A DNA stretch of 64,000 bases, from NCBI GenBank assembly GCA_963664405.1, contig OY761158.1, forward strand, positions 1,504,001 through 1,568,000, in the 5' to 3' direction. The position numbers were made by a program, and so were the translations under genes. A model generated the notes under the pieces. That model was given only the letters and a program-made list of their open reading frames with translations, was not told the origin of the DNA and did no database searches. This stretch comes from Thermoanaerobaculia bacterium. Its GTDB lineage: Bacteria; Acidobacteriota; Thermoanaerobaculia; Multivoradales; Multivoraceae. Below are positions 1 to 10,155 of this stretch, piece by piece. Within the stretch, counting starts at the first letter, position 1, and each line of letters begins with the position of its first letter.

Positions 1-1022
1 AGCACTCTCGACTTCTCGGCACTGAAAGTCGAGAAGGCGATGGGGATGCCCGCCTCATGAAGCTCACCGGCCAGGGTGTAGGAGCGGTCGTAGGGATCGT
101 CCTCGTGAAGTGGCAAGGCTTGGCTTGCGCCCAGGATGACCGGAATCTTCATCTCGGCAAGAAGCTCCTTCTCTTTCCACGCCTCCCGCCCCCCGGCGAG
201 GATCATCCGCAGCGACAAGGAGGTCGCCAGATCGACGGCGTCACGAATCTGCCGGGCACGGTCGGCTCGCACGATCACCGGCAGGCGGCCCTCGACAACC
301 CTACCAAGACTTTCGAGCCGTAGATCGCGGTCGGGCACGACGGAGCCCTCGGCTCCTCGAGCATGGGCATAGCGGCCGCCGGCCACCAGCCATTGGCGAA
401 TCTCCTCGACCTTCTTGTCGTACTCCTTCTTCGCTTCTTTGAAGGGGCGGTCGACCCTGCGTCCAGCATCGCGATCGAAGCTGCGCAACTGCATCGACGG
501 CCAGACCAGAACCAGACCCACCGAGTCTTCGATCCTCATTTCCTCGGCCGTCCAACCGTCGAGCTGAATCGCCGAGACCTGTCCTGGAAAGCCGTAGCCA
601 CTACGGCTCTGGGGCACGACTCCCGCGTGAGTCACACCGTTGGCTCGGGTGACGGGAATCATTTCGCTCGGCGGGTGAACCGCTGTCAGCCCGAGAAGAT
701 GGGGCTGGATGGCGCCCAACTCGGCACTATCGACCGTCGCCCGAACGCTCGCAATCTCGCTGATCCCGAGGGTGCTCATGGAGTCGAAAAAGCCCGGGAA
801 GACATGATGGTCGCCGGCCTCCAGGCGCGTCACACCGGCAGCGCCCTCCACCTCGGTCCCTACCGCGGCAATGCGGCCATCGACGATCAGTACCCTACCC
901 CCCTCGATGGGCGGACCGACCAGGGTGTGTACTCGCCCGCCGACGATGAGGAGCTCATCGGCAGCCGGAACGGCCCCCGGGCTCAAAACGGTCGCGATGA
1001 CAAGAGCCGGGGAGATCTTCAT
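1..1022 (-). CDS. Amidohydrolase family protein, secreted; runs off the left edge of the window
   Basis: Not in the ORF track because it has no stop in the window. ATG at 1022 overlaps the upstream stop (ATGA). Translates MKISPALVIATVLSPGAVPAADELLIVGGRVHTLVGPPIEGGRVLIVDGRIAAVG..HVFPGFFDS, a typical amidohydrolase N-terminus. Confidence 0.8.
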   Translation of the reverse strand, partial: MKISPALVIATVLSPGAVPAADELLIVGGRVHTLVGPPIEGGRVLIVDGRIAAVGTEVEGAAGVTRLEAGDHHVFPGFFDSMSTLGISEIASVRATVDSAELGAIQPHLLGLTAVHPPSEMIPVTRANGVTHAGVVPQSRSGYGFPGQVSAIQLDGWTAEEMRIEDSVGLVLVWPSMQLRSFDRDAGRRVDRPFKEAKKEYDKKVEEIRQWLVAGGRYAHARGAEGSVVPDRDLRLESLGRVVEGRLPVIVRADRARQIRDAVDLATSLSLRMILAGGREAWKEKELLAEMKIPVILGASQALPLHEDDPYDRSYTLAGELHEAGIPIAFSTFSAEKSRV

Positions 1023-3706
1023 CGCGATCCATCCTCGAGCTCCGGCGAGCTCTTGCCCTCGACCGGTGCGCGTCGTGCCAGACGACCTTCGAGAGCCTCT
1101 CGCTCCCGCGCCTTCGACTCGCGCTCGGCCAGATCCTTCACACGATCGAAGTAGATCTGGCCATCGATGAGCGTTTTTTGGGCAACCGCGTACACGCTCA
1201 GCGGGTGGCGATCCCAGATCACCAGATCGGCATCCTTGCCGACCTCGATGGAGCCGACACGGTCGGCTATGCCAAGCTGCTTCGCCGGGTTCAAAGTGAC
1301 GAGTTTCAGCGCCTCCACCTCGGAGAGCCCCCCCCACTTCATCGCCTTGGCCGCCTCCTGGTTGAGGTGACGTATCTCCTCGGCGCTGTCGGAGTTGATC
1401 GATACGACGACGCCTCGCTCAGCCATCAGCGCCGCGTTGTGAGGGATGGCTTCGTAGGCCTCGACCTTGTAGGCCCAGTGGTCGGAAAAGGTCGAGGCGC
1501 CGGCCCCGTGGGCCGCGATCTCGTCCGCCACCCGGTAGCCCTCGAGAACGTGCTGAAGGGTGGCGATACGAAAACCGAGCTCCTCGGCGAGGCGTAGCAG
1601 CTGCACGATCTCGTCGCTGCGATAGGAGTGAGCGTGGACGAGCCGTGTTCCTGATAGAACTTCGGCCAAGGGCTCCAGCTTGAGGTCGCGACGCGGAGGC
1701 AGGGCCTCCGCCCCCTGGCCGCTCTCCACCTTGGCTTCGAACTCCTGCCAGGCGTCGCGATAGTCCTTTGCTTCGAGGAAGGACTGACGCACCACGTCAA
1801 TGACACCCATCCGCGTCACCGGGTAGCGCTGTGGACGGGTGGCGGACGGGGCTGAGTTCGACCGCTTCGGGTTCTCGCCCAGAGCGAACTTGATCCCTGG
1901 CGGCGCACCTTCGAAAAGCAACCCCGCGGCCGTTTGGCCCCAGCGCAGCTTGATCACCGCATTGAGGCCGCCGATCGGGTTGGCGCTTCCGTGAAGGATG
2001 TTGATGGCGGTCACGCCGCCCGCAAGCGCGCGATAGAGGCCGATGTCTTCCGGGTCGACAACGTCCTGGATGCGCGCCATCGACGACACCGCAACCGTCG
2101 ACTCGTTGGTGCCGCCGCTGGTCGCAAGGTGGGAGTGGCAATCGATGATGCCTGGCGTCAGATAACCCCCTTTGCCATTGATGATTCTCGCTCCGGTGGG
2201 GACTGAGAGGTTACGGCCTACCGCCTCGATCTTGCCGTTGCGCACGAGGACCTCACCGCCCTCCAGTGCCTCGGCGCTGACCGGGAGCACGGTGACGTTG
2301 CGGATCAAGGTGATCGACACCGGATCCTCTCGATCACTCTCAGCCGCCGCGGCGACCGCTTCGCCCTCGACCGGAGGAGCGGCTGACACCGCCTTCTCGG
2401 CAGAGCTCGAGGGCTCCTCGTCCTCGAGATCGAAGACCCTGCCGTCGACGACAACCATCCGCAGCTTCACGCCAGGGCGCCAGAGCTCGCCTTGGGTGAT
2501 CAGCAGATTGGCGATCTTCCCCTCCTCGAGACTGCCCAGCCGATCGGAGACGCCGAAAATTTCCGCCGCGGAGAGGGTCAGAGCCCGCAGCGCTGCTTCC
2601 GGCGGCAGACCGGCGGCCACTGCCTCGCCGACTCTCTCCAGCGCCTCGTCCGGCGCCTCCATTCCGTCGGTCGTAAAGGCGAAGGAAACACCGGCCTGCT
2701 CCAAAACGGACGGCGTCGAAGGCGCCAGGTCCCAAAGCCGCAGCTCGCGGAGGGAAGGGGGCTGTTCGGGATCCGCATCCTTGTCCGGCAGCGGCCAGGC
2801 GAGCGAGACCAGCACCGCCGCTCCGGTTCCGGCGAGGTCCGAAGCGACGGCGTAAGCTCCGTGGCCTCCATAGAGGAGAGGTCTCATGCCGATCGATGCC
2901 GCCATCGCGCGGGCGCGGCGCATCTCGGTAGCGGTTCGTGCCGGCAGAAGTAGAGGGGTAGCGCTATCGATCATGTCGGCGATCGGGACGAGCGCGTTGT
3001 CGTAGTCGGGGCGCCGTCGGCCTCTCGGCTCCGCCTGATACTGGCGACGGGCCTCCGCGAAGTGCGCCGCGTCGAGGAAGAGCTGCCGCAGATAGGCATG
3101 GACGCCCATCAGCGCGGCCGGGAATCCTCCCGAAGCGTCGCGCGGTGCCAGAGCGAGCCGTAGCGCGACTCTCTCCTCAACCACCATCTCGCCGGGTCTT
3201 AAACCAGCCAAGTTGATCAGCGAGGCCTGGCCCGGAACCAGCCCGTCGGCCGGAGCGACGACGCTTGCCGCGAAGCCCGCCTCACGCCACTTCGCGATGG
3301 CCTCGTCCGAAGGGCGCAAGAGATCGGCCGCCTTGACCCAGGGCGTCGTGGCCGGGCGGTCCTCGGGCCCCTGGCTATAGGCCGCCGGCTGCGCGGCTTC
3401 GAGGTCGTCGGCGCCGAGTCCGACCCTGGAGAGGGCATCGATGAGGCCAGGATAGACCGTCAGTCCCTCGCCATCGATAACCCAGGCTCCTGGTGGAGCT
3501 TCCACCCCCGCACCAAGGGCCTCGATCAGCCCAGCTCGAACCACCAAGGTCCCCCGCTCGACCACGGGCGCCGACACCGGGACCAGGCGCGCGTTCTCGA
3601 TGGCAAAGACCGGAGGTGCCGGCGGTGCCTCCTCCGCCAGGCTCGCCCCCTGCAGGATCGCGGACGCGACAGCAACGCCTGGCGCGAGGGCGGCAATCAA
3701 CCTCAC
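1019..3706 (-). CDS. Tandem two-domain amidohydrolase family protein, secreted
   Basis: Signal peptide; two amidohydrolase repeats (VYPGLIDA..GSLEEGKIANL; TPGIIDCHSH..HAHSY..LQH..SINSD..GSIEVGKDADLV). The first repeat lacks the HxH metal motif. Confidence 0.9.
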   Translation of the reverse strand: MRLIAALAPGVAVASAILQGASLAEEAPPAPPVFAIENARLVPVSAPVVERGTLVVRAGLIEALGAGVEAPPGAWVIDGEGLTVYPGLIDALSRVGLGADDLEAAQPAAYSQGPEDRPATTPWVKAADLLRPSDEAIAKWREAGFAASVVAPADGLVPGQASLINLAGLRPGEMVVEERVALRLALAPRDASGGFPAALMGVHAYLRQLFLDAAHFAEARRQYQAEPRGRRRPDYDNALVPIADMIDSATPLLLPARTATEMRRARAMAASIGMRPLLYGGHGAYAVASDLAGTGAAVLVSLAWPLPDKDADPEQPPSLRELRLWDLAPSTPSVLEQAGVSFAFTTDGMEAPDEALERVGEAVAAGLPPEAALRALTLSAAEIFGVSDRLGSLEEGKIANLLITQGELWRPGVKLRMVVVDGRVFDLEDEEPSSSAEKAVSAAPPVEGEAVAAAAESDREDPVSITLIRNVTVLPVSAEALEGGEVLVRNGKIEAVGRNLSVPTGARIINGKGGYLTPGIIDCHSHLATSGGTNESTVAVSSMARIQDVVDPEDIGLYRALAGGVTAINILHGSANPIGGLNAVIKLRWGQTAAGLLFEGAPPGIKFALGENPKRSNSAPSATRPQRYPVTRMGVIDVVRQSFLEAKDYRDAWQEFEAKVESGQGAEALPPRRDLKLEPLAEVLSGTRLVHAHSYRSDEIVQLLRLAEELGFRIATLQHVLEGYRVADEIAAHGAGASTFSDHWAYKVEAYEAIPHNAALMAERGVVVSINSDSAEEIRHLNQEAAKAMKWGGLSEVEALKLVTLNPAKQLGIADRVGSIEVGKDADLVIWDRHPLSVYAVAQKTLIDGQIYFDRVKDLAERESKAREREALEGRLARRAPVEGKSSPELEDGSR

Positions 3707-3729
3707 TCAGGCATTCTATACATCCTCGC

Positions 3730-4464
3730 TCAGCTGAAAACCTTCTCCGGGTCCGCCAGAGCCGAAGTCTGGCTCACAAAGAGATTGGTCAGGCTGAGAA
3801 ACCTCTCCGCCGTCGCACGGGCGAAGGCGTCGCGACAGAACACGACAAGCACAACGATCTGTCCGCCCGGGTAGGCGCCACCGGTGCCGAACACACTCCT
3901 CACACCATACTGGGAGACGAAGTCCTGAGCCGCGATGATCTTTCGCCCCTCGTTGTCTTCCGCGTCCCCGGCCTCGTCGACGAAGAAGAGGCCCGCCGAG
4001 TGACCCATGGTACGAATGATCATCTCCGAGTCATGCTTGTCGACCCATTCCAGAGGCACGCCGAGCTCCTTGAGGAGTCGCGAGATCATGGGGATGGCGC
4101 CGACGAAGGCCGACGAAAGCAAAGGGATGCCGACATGGCCCTGCGATTGACGACGATCCTTCCAGGAGTCTTCCTCACCGTGGCTTCCGATCAGCGACAG
4201 CACCGGAACCGTGTCCTTCAAGTCCTCGGCGGCTCCCGCTGATTCCGCAAGGGCTCGCACGAAGCGCTGGTTTTCTTCCGGCAACGACCCGAAGGGAACT
4301 GTGACGAATACCCTGGCGATCGTCACCGACTCCTCGAAGGTGTTGTGGATGGCCGCCGCCAGCTCTTGGGCAGCCTCTTCCAGCCGGCCTGCACCTTGCA
4401 CTTTGTCCTCGATCCCACCCCAAACATCACTGACTGTAGACGAGCTCGCCTGCTCTATTCTCAC
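3730..4464 (-). CDS. Conserved hypothetical protein, possible GAF-like fold
   Basis: 244-aa ORF coupled to larE by an ATGA overlap. Motifs LSLIGSHG..W.DRR.S.GH.GIPL and FVSQYGVRSVFGTGG; the C-terminal half looks GAF-like. Confidence 0.6.
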   Translation of the reverse strand: MRIEQASSSTVSDVWGGIEDKVQGAGRLEEAAQELAAAIHNTFEESVTIARVFVTVPFGSLPEENQRFVRALAESAGAAEDLKDTVPVLSLIGSHGEEDSWKDRRQSQGHVGIPLLSSAFVGAIPMISRLLKELGVPLEWVDKHDSEMIIRTMGHSAGLFFVDEAGDAEDNEGRKIIAAQDFVSQYGVRSVFGTGGAYPGGQIVVLVVFCRDAFARATAERFLSLTNLFVSQTSALADPEKVFS

Positions 4465-5315
4465 GCTTCACCTCCTTGGCCATGGGCAGCCACGACCGTT
4501 GTATTGCGCCTCCCCAAGACCTCGTTCATCGAGCCACTGCGAAAGCCCTGGAGGTCGAGAGTTACGTACGAAAAGCCTTGCTGCTTGAAGCGAAGTACGA
4601 CCTCGCTCCGAATCGGATCTTCCATCAGACGCCCGAGCTCCTCGACCCCGATCTCGATCCGTGCCACCGCGTCGTGGTAGCGCACGCGGCAGCTGCGAAA
4701 GCCAAGCTCGTGCAGAGCCCGCTCACATGCCGCCACCTGGGTCAGGCGCTGCGGAGTGATCTCGGTGCCATAGGGGAAGCGGCTCGACAGACACGCCAGC
4801 GCCGGCTTGTTCCATACCGGGAGATCGATGCGGCGAGCCGCTTCTCGAATGTCGTCCTTGGTGAAACCGGCCTCCTCCAGAGGCGACCGGACGCCGAGCT
4901 CTCGAGCTGCCTTTCGGCCGGGCCGAAGGTCGGCGCGGTCATCGACGTTGAAACCGTCGAGCACCCAGCGGAAGCCCAAAGTGGTCGCCTCCCGTACCGC
5001 GACTCCGTACATCTCGGCCTTGCAGAAGTAGCAGCGATTGACCGGGTTGGCAGCGTAGCGCGGGTCGTCGAGCTCGTTGGTCTCGATGAGGAGGTGGCGG
5101 GCGCCGAGATCCTCCGCCAACTTCCTGGCATGGTCACCCTCCTCGGCAGCGAGGCTGGGCGACACTGCGGTAAGAGCGACAGCGTTCTCTCCCAACACCG
5201 ACACCGACTCTGCCAGGAGGTAAGCCGAATCGACCCCGCCCGAAAAGCAGACAACCACCTGCTCCAGCTCTAGGAGCGAATTGCGAAGCGCGTCGATCCT
5301 GGCGTCGAGACTCAC
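4461..5315 (-). CDS. larE: ATP-dependent sulfur transferase LarE family (PP-loop)
   Basis: FSGGVDS PP-loop, NRCYFCK, RPGRKAA, ACLSSRFPYG, RVRYH, DLQGFRSGSMN. Confidence 0.92.
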   Translation of the reverse strand: MSLDARIDALRNSLLELEQVVVCFSGGVDSAYLLAESVSVLGENAVALTAVSPSLAAEEGDHARKLAEDLGARHLLIETNELDDPRYAANPVNRCYFCKAEMYGVAVREATTLGFRWVLDGFNVDDRADLRPGRKAARELGVRSPLEEAGFTKDDIREAARRIDLPVWNKPALACLSSRFPYGTEITPQRLTQVAACERALHELGFRSCRVRYHDAVARIEIGVEELGRLMEDPIRSEVVLRFKQQGFSYVTLDLQGFRSGSMNEVLGRRNTTVVAAHGQGGEA

Positions 5316-5360
5316 CCGGCAAGGCTACCCACGATCAGCGGCTAGGCGGTATCGCAGGTG

Positions 5361-7244
5361 TCACGGAAGTTGTCCGCTCTCTGACATTTCCGACTCAGGA
5401 GCGCTTGCCATGTAGTCGGAGGGCGTCGCGCCGTACTCGTCCTTGAAGCATTTCGAGAAGTGCGCCAGGCTCTTGAAGCCCGTGCCATAGGCCACCTCGC
5501 TGACCAGGCCGGCCTTGCCGGCGAGGAGCTTCGCCGCCGTCTGGAGCCGAAGAGCGCGAATGAGGGCGGCCGGCGTCTTGCCTGAGAGCTCTCGCAGACG
5601 GCGGTGCAGGTGACCGCGGCTCATCGCCAGAATCGCAGCTAGCGCCTCGACTCCGAAGTCTTCGTCCGCCATATGAGCTTCGATCGCGTCCTTCACTCTC
5701 AGCAGGAAACGATCGTCGGCCGAAACGACGTCGATGGAGCTGGCTTCGATCGAGCGTGGCGCCGAAACGCGGTCACGTAGGCGCTTTCGGGAGTCGATCA
5801 AGTTCTTGATCTGGGCCTCGAGCTCTCGGACCTCAAAGGGCTTGACGAGATAGGCGTCCGCCCCCGACTCGATCCCCTCGATTCGATCTTCATTGGCGGC
5901 CCTCCCGGTCAGAAGAATGATCGGGACGCAGCTGAGCTCGCGATCCTCGGTTAGCGCGCGACATAGCTCGTGGCCGCCCAGCCGAGGCATGACGACGTCG
6001 CAGACTATGAGGTCGGGAAGGTGTCGGCGAGCGATCTCCAGGCCCTCCTCGCCGTCGCCGGCTTCGAGAGTCCTGAAGGCCGGCTCCAGCCGGCCCCGGA
6101 CATAGGAGCGTAGGTCGACATCGTCATCGACAATCAGGACCGTGGTCCGATCGGCCGCTTCCTCCTCGTCCGGCACCTCGGCCAGCGGGGCCGTCTCGGG
6201 CCGCGACTCATCAAGCTGCTCATACTCCAGCTGACTCGCTGAAGTCACCAGACGTGTGGGAGAGACCGTAGCGCGCTGGCTCGAGGCTCCTCCTCGATCT
6301 CGTTTGCGCGGCAGCGAGACGATGAACTCCGCCCCGAAGCCCTCCAGACTCTTGACTTCAATGTGCCCCTGATGGAGCGCGACGATCTCCCTGACCAACG
6401 ACAGGCCGATGCCTACACCAGGGGTCGTCTGATGCTGGCTCTCGACCCGATAGAAACGCTCGAAGATGAGAGGGAGCTCATGCTCCGGGATACCTGGACC
6501 GCTGTCGCGAACCCTCAGAACCACTCGACCCCCGCTCTCCTCGTCATTGGGAGGCGGTTCCTCCACCTCGACGGTCAGCCGGATGGTTCCGCCTTTCGGC
6601 GTGAACTTCAGCGCATTGGAGAGAAGATTCACCAGAATTTTGTCGACGAGATCCCGATCGAAGAAAAAGAAAAGCGGCTCTCGCGGCAGCTCCATCTGCA
6701 GATCAATCTGCCTATTCTGCGCCGCCGACGCAAACGACGCAGCAAGCTCTCGGGTCTGGGCGAGAAAGTCGGAACGGTGCAGCCGAAGCTGCACACGACC
6801 TGCCTCCACACGAGTCAGAGCGAGAATCTGGTTGACCAGATGAATGAGCCTGCGAGCGTTGCGGACGGCGAGAACGAGTTGTGCGTGAGCCGACTTCGTG
6901 AGCGCACCGTGGAGGCCGTCGCGAAGGTCCTCCAAGGGAGAGATGACCAGGGTCAGGGGCGTGCGCAGCTCATGCGATGCGTTTTCGAAGAAGCGCGTTT
7001 TGGTCTCGGCAAGCTTCTGAAGGTTCTCGACCTTCGCCTCGAGCTCTTTGCGGAGCCGGTCTACTTGCTGATGCTCCTCCGCTTGCTGACGCTCCTCTGC
7101 CTGCTCGCGCTCTCGGGCCAGTTCGGCCACAGCGGCGTCGAGGCGCTTGTGCAGCTCCGCTTCTCTGCCACGAGATCTCCTCCACAAGACCAGCAAGAGC
7201 GCCAGGCCGAGTCCAAGGAGGACCTCGGCGAGAAGAGGGCTCAT
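5361..7244 (-). CDS. Hybrid sensor histidine kinase / receiver / AraC-type HTH regulator
   Basis: One N-terminal TM, SHELRTPL H-box, NLLSNALKFT, DSGPGI, GxGIGL, receiver (VDDD, CDVVMP, KPF), AraC HTH (EVAYGTGFKSLAHFSKCFK). Confidence 0.93.
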   Translation of the reverse strand: MSPLLAEVLLGLGLALLLVLWRRSRGREAELHKRLDAAVAELAREREQAEERQQAEEHQQVDRLRKELEAKVENLQKLAETKTRFFENASHELRTPLTLVISPLEDLRDGLHGALTKSAHAQLVLAVRNARRLIHLVNQILALTRVEAGRVQLRLHRSDFLAQTRELAASFASAAQNRQIDLQMELPREPLFFFFDRDLVDKILVNLLSNALKFTPKGGTIRLTVEVEEPPPNDEESGGRVVLRVRDSGPGIPEHELPLIFERFYRVESQHQTTPGVGIGLSLVREIVALHQGHIEVKSLEGFGAEFIVSLPRKRDRGGASSQRATVSPTRLVTSASQLEYEQLDESRPETAPLAEVPDEEEAADRTTVLIVDDDVDLRSYVRGRLEPAFRTLEAGDGEEGLEIARRHLPDLIVCDVVMPRLGGHELCRALTEDRELSCVPIILLTGRAANEDRIEGIESGADAYLVKPFEVRELEAQIKNLIDSRKRLRDRVSAPRSIEASSIDVVSADDRFLLRVKDAIEAHMADEDFGVEALAAILAMSRGHLHRRLRELSGKTPAALIRALRLQTAAKLLAGKAGLVSEVAYGTGFKSLAHFSKCFKDEYGATPSDYMASAPESEMSESGQLP

Positions 7245-7439
7245 GATCCCTCCTCGAAAGCAGTGCAGAAGCAGTCAAACATGCCGATCACGAAGGCTAG
7301 CAGAAGCGATAACGCCACCCAGCCACGATGCTGGGCGGCGCCGACGGCCAGATTTCCGCGGGGATTGCGCGATGACACCGAGTCAACACCTTGCCACCAG
7401 GAACGAAGCTCTCCTAACATGCGGCGAAAGGAGGCCTCA

Positions 7440-7808
7440 ATGCACTCAATACTCGGAATTCTGCTCGCCGCAGTGGCCGGCGCGAGCACCGCCGGTGCGC
7501 AGGCCGAGCCGGCTCCCAAGGCCGTCTACGGTGTCGCCCTTATCCAGATCGACGACCGGGAGGGCTATAGCAACTATTCGCGGGGATTCGGACCGATCTT
7601 CTCTCGCTATCGCGGAGAGATGCTCGCAATGAGTGAAAGCCCGACCGTCATAGAGGGTGAGTGGCCGTGGACCCGCACGGTGATGATTCGCTTCCCTTCG
7701 ATGGCCGAGTTCGAGGCCTGGTACTACTCCCCTGAGTATCAGGAGTTGGCCAAGCTACGGCACGCCAGCTCGAAGGGCAACCTCATTTTGATCGAGGCGC
7801 CGAAATAG
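7440..7808 (+). CDS. DUF1330 domain protein with signal peptide
   Basis: ATG 7440 after GGAGG; VIEGEWPWTRTVMIRFPS..AWYYSPEYQ..R. This is the real 3' part of track ORF 6363..7808. Confidence 0.85.
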   Translation: MHSILGILLAAVAGASTAGAQAEPAPKAVYGVALIQIDDREGYSNYSRGFGPIFSRYRGEMLAMSESPTVIEGEWPWTRTVMIRFPSMAEFEAWYYSPEYQELAKLRHASSKGNLILIEAPK

Positions 7809-8367
7809 GCGGGAGATCGCTGACCATGGCGCCAAAGAGAAGCTCGGTGTGGCGAGTCGTCTCCTTGAGGCGATAGCCCGGTCGAGCGCCTTCTTGACGG
7901 AGCCCCTGAGCCTCGAGAATGCGCCGTGAGCCGAGGTTGCCCTCGAGGCAGGAAGCCTCGATTCGATAGGCGCCGCACAGATGAATGGCATGGGCGCAGA
8001 GGAATCGGGCCAGCCGGGTGCCAACACCTCGGCCCCAGGCATGCTTACAGAGCTGGTAGCCGATCTCGAAGCCACCGGGGCTACCGTCGACTTCGATCGC
8101 GGCCCCCTGTCCCAGAAAATGGCCCCAAGCACCCTCGACGATCACGGTCGCCTTGGCTGGAGCCCGACCCGCTTCGAGATCGAGAGCCTGGGCCTCGAGA
8201 AAAGGGGTGAAGAACTCACTCACACCCTCCGCGGAGATCGGACAGAACCAGAGCCACCGTCCCACTTCGGGATCCCGAAGCATCTCACTGATCGCGGGCA
8301 GGTCGCCGAGGCGAGCGTAGCGGTAGGTCTCGGTCTCGCTGGTCCAAACCATGGTCGGAAGATACAC
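7783..8367 (-). CDS. GNAT N-acetyltransferase (RimJ/RimL-like)
   Basis: EIGYQL..AWGRGVGT, N.GSRRILEAQG..EG. Confidence 0.88.
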   Translation of the reverse strand: MYLPTMVWTSETETYRYARLGDLPAISEMLRDPEVGRWLWFCPISAEGVSEFFTPFLEAQALDLEAGRAPAKATVIVEGAWGHFLGQGAAIEVDGSPGGFEIGYQLCKHAWGRGVGTRLARFLCAHAIHLCGAYRIEASCLEGNLGSRRILEAQGLRQEGARPGYRLKETTRHTELLFGAMVSDLPPISAPRSK

Positions 8368-8421
8368 CGCCCAGGATCACTTATGCGACTGACGATACTC
8401 TGGGAGACGACGGATGTGTCG

Positions 8422-8850
8422 ATGCCCAAAAGAGAGCTCCATCCGGATCTGAGCGACGACGAGAAGCGTGCCCTCCTCGAGACCGGGGTCGAAGTGTTCA
8501 ACGCGGGTCGCTTCTTCGACTCACACGAGTTCTTCGAGGAGATCTGGCGATCCACCAACCCGGAGCCGCGCGATCTCTACCAGGGCCTGGTCCAGGTCGC
8601 AGCAGGCATGTACCACTGGACCGTGCGAGGCAAGGCGGCACCCGCGGCCAGGATGCTCGAACGAGCCGTGAGCCGACTGGAGCCGTTTCGGTCGGTCGCC
8701 ACCGGAGTGGATGTGGCGGGGCTGCTGGTGGTTCTCGAGCCCTGGCAGATCTGGCTGAACGAGCCCGAGGGGGCCGCTCCGGAGATGCCGACGATTACGG
8801 CACGACCGGCGATCTCCCGAAGCGTCAGCCGCGAAAGAGATGGCTCTTGA
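8422..8850 (+). CDS. DUF309 domain protein
   Basis: GVEVFNAGRFFDSHEFFEEIW..YQGLVQVAAGMYH; start reassigned to ATG 8422. Confidence 0.88.
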   Translation: MPKRELHPDLSDDEKRALLETGVEVFNAGRFFDSHEFFEEIWRSTNPEPRDLYQGLVQVAAGMYHWTVRGKAAPAARMLERAVSRLEPFRSVATGVDVAGLLVVLEPWQIWLNEPEGAAPEMPTITARPAISRSVSRERDGS

Positions 8851-10090
8851 TCAGATCCTCGGTGATCTCGGTACCGAAGCCTGGCCCGGAAGGCGGCAGG
8901 TAGTGCCCGCGCTCGAAGGGAGACGTCATCGCCAGCATCAGATCCGTTGCGGCGGCGTCATTGGTGCCGAAACTCTCGGCGAGCGGCGCGTTCGAGGACG
9001 TCAGCACCAGAGGTAGGCCGAAGAGACTGCCACCACGGTGAGGTATGAACGCAATCCCGCGTTCTTCGGCCATCGCCGAGATCCGCCGCAGCGAGGTAAT
9101 GCCGCCACACCAGCTCACGTCCGGTTGTACGACCTCGATCGCCTTGTGGTGGAAGAGCATCTCGAAGGCGAAGTGCGTGTACTGATGCTCACCATGGGCC
9201 ACCAGTGGGCCGTCCACGCGCCGCACCAGCTCGCCGTAGCCGAGAATGTCGTCGGCGGACAGCGGCTCCTCGATGAAGTAGAGGCCGATGTCCGAGAGTC
9301 GATCGAACATCTCCAAGGTGAACTCGAGGTCGTTCCACTGCTGGCTGCAATCGATCATCAGCTTGCGCTCGTCGCCGATCTGGCTCCTCACCTCTCTGAG
9401 CAGGGCCTCGGTGCGCGCCATCCCTTCCCTCCCCTGCGCCACGCCGTTGGATGCGACACCGAGCTTGAAGTTCTCGAAGCCCATGTCCAAGCCTTCTTCG
9501 ACCCGGCTTCCGGTGTAATACGACGGCACTCGCTCTCTGGTGACTCCGCCAAGTAGCTGCCACACCGGCAGATCGGCGACCTTGCCGGCGATATCCCAGA
9601 GTGCGTTGTCGATGCCGCTCAGGGCCATCACGAAGACACCACGACGACCGTAGGCCAGCCCGGCCGCGTAGAGCTGTTCCCAGAGCAGCTCAATGTTCCG
9701 CGCGTCGGCGCCGATCAGCAGATCCTGGAGGTGGCCCTGGATGATCGTGGCCGCGGCGGCGCCGCCACATCCGAGGCCGTAACCGGTTACGCCCTGATCG
9801 GTGCGGATCACCACTACGGTAGCCCCCCCCAACTGCCCGAAGGGCCCGGAAGGGCGCCAGCGGCGGGGATCGAAGTCGGAGGTGAAGTCGGGGATCTCGG
9901 GTCGGCGCCCGGCCCACACGTTGACTGGATAGCAGTCCACGGAATGGATGCGCACTCTGTCGCCGGGGACCGCGGCGGCCGTCACTGATGGGGAAAGCCC
10001 GGCGCCACCGGCGGCGAGCGTGGCCGCGCCGGCTCCGAGACCCGAGAGAAAGCGGCGACGGCTCAGGCCATCGGTGAACGTTTCATTCAT
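8825..10090 (-). CDS. Mandelate racemase/muconate lactonizing enzyme (enolase superfamily) with Tat signal; sugar-acid dehydratase-like
   Basis: SRRRFL Tat motif; ALSGIDNALWDIAGK, LMIDC, FIEEPL, HGEH, QPDVSWCGG. Confidence 0.9.
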   Translation of the reverse strand: MNETFTDGLSRRRFLSGLGAGAATLAAGGAGLSPSVTAAAVPGDRVRIHSVDCYPVNVWAGRRPEIPDFTSDFDPRRWRPSGPFGQLGGATVVVIRTDQGVTGYGLGCGGAAAATIIQGHLQDLLIGADARNIELLWEQLYAAGLAYGRRGVFVMALSGIDNALWDIAGKVADLPVWQLLGGVTRERVPSYYTGSRVEEGLDMGFENFKLGVASNGVAQGREGMARTEALLREVRSQIGDERKLMIDCSQQWNDLEFTLEMFDRLSDIGLYFIEEPLSADDILGYGELVRRVDGPLVAHGEHQYTHFAFEMLFHHKAIEVVQPDVSWCGGITSLRRISAMAEERGIAFIPHRGGSLFGLPLVLTSSNAPLAESFGTNDAAATDLMLAMTSPFERGHYLPPSGPGFGTEITEDLIKSHLFRG

Positions 10091-10155
10091 CTGAAACCTC
10101 GTTTCTGCATTGCAACGACTCTCTCGAAAACTTTAGCGTGACTTGCTCGAGGCAG

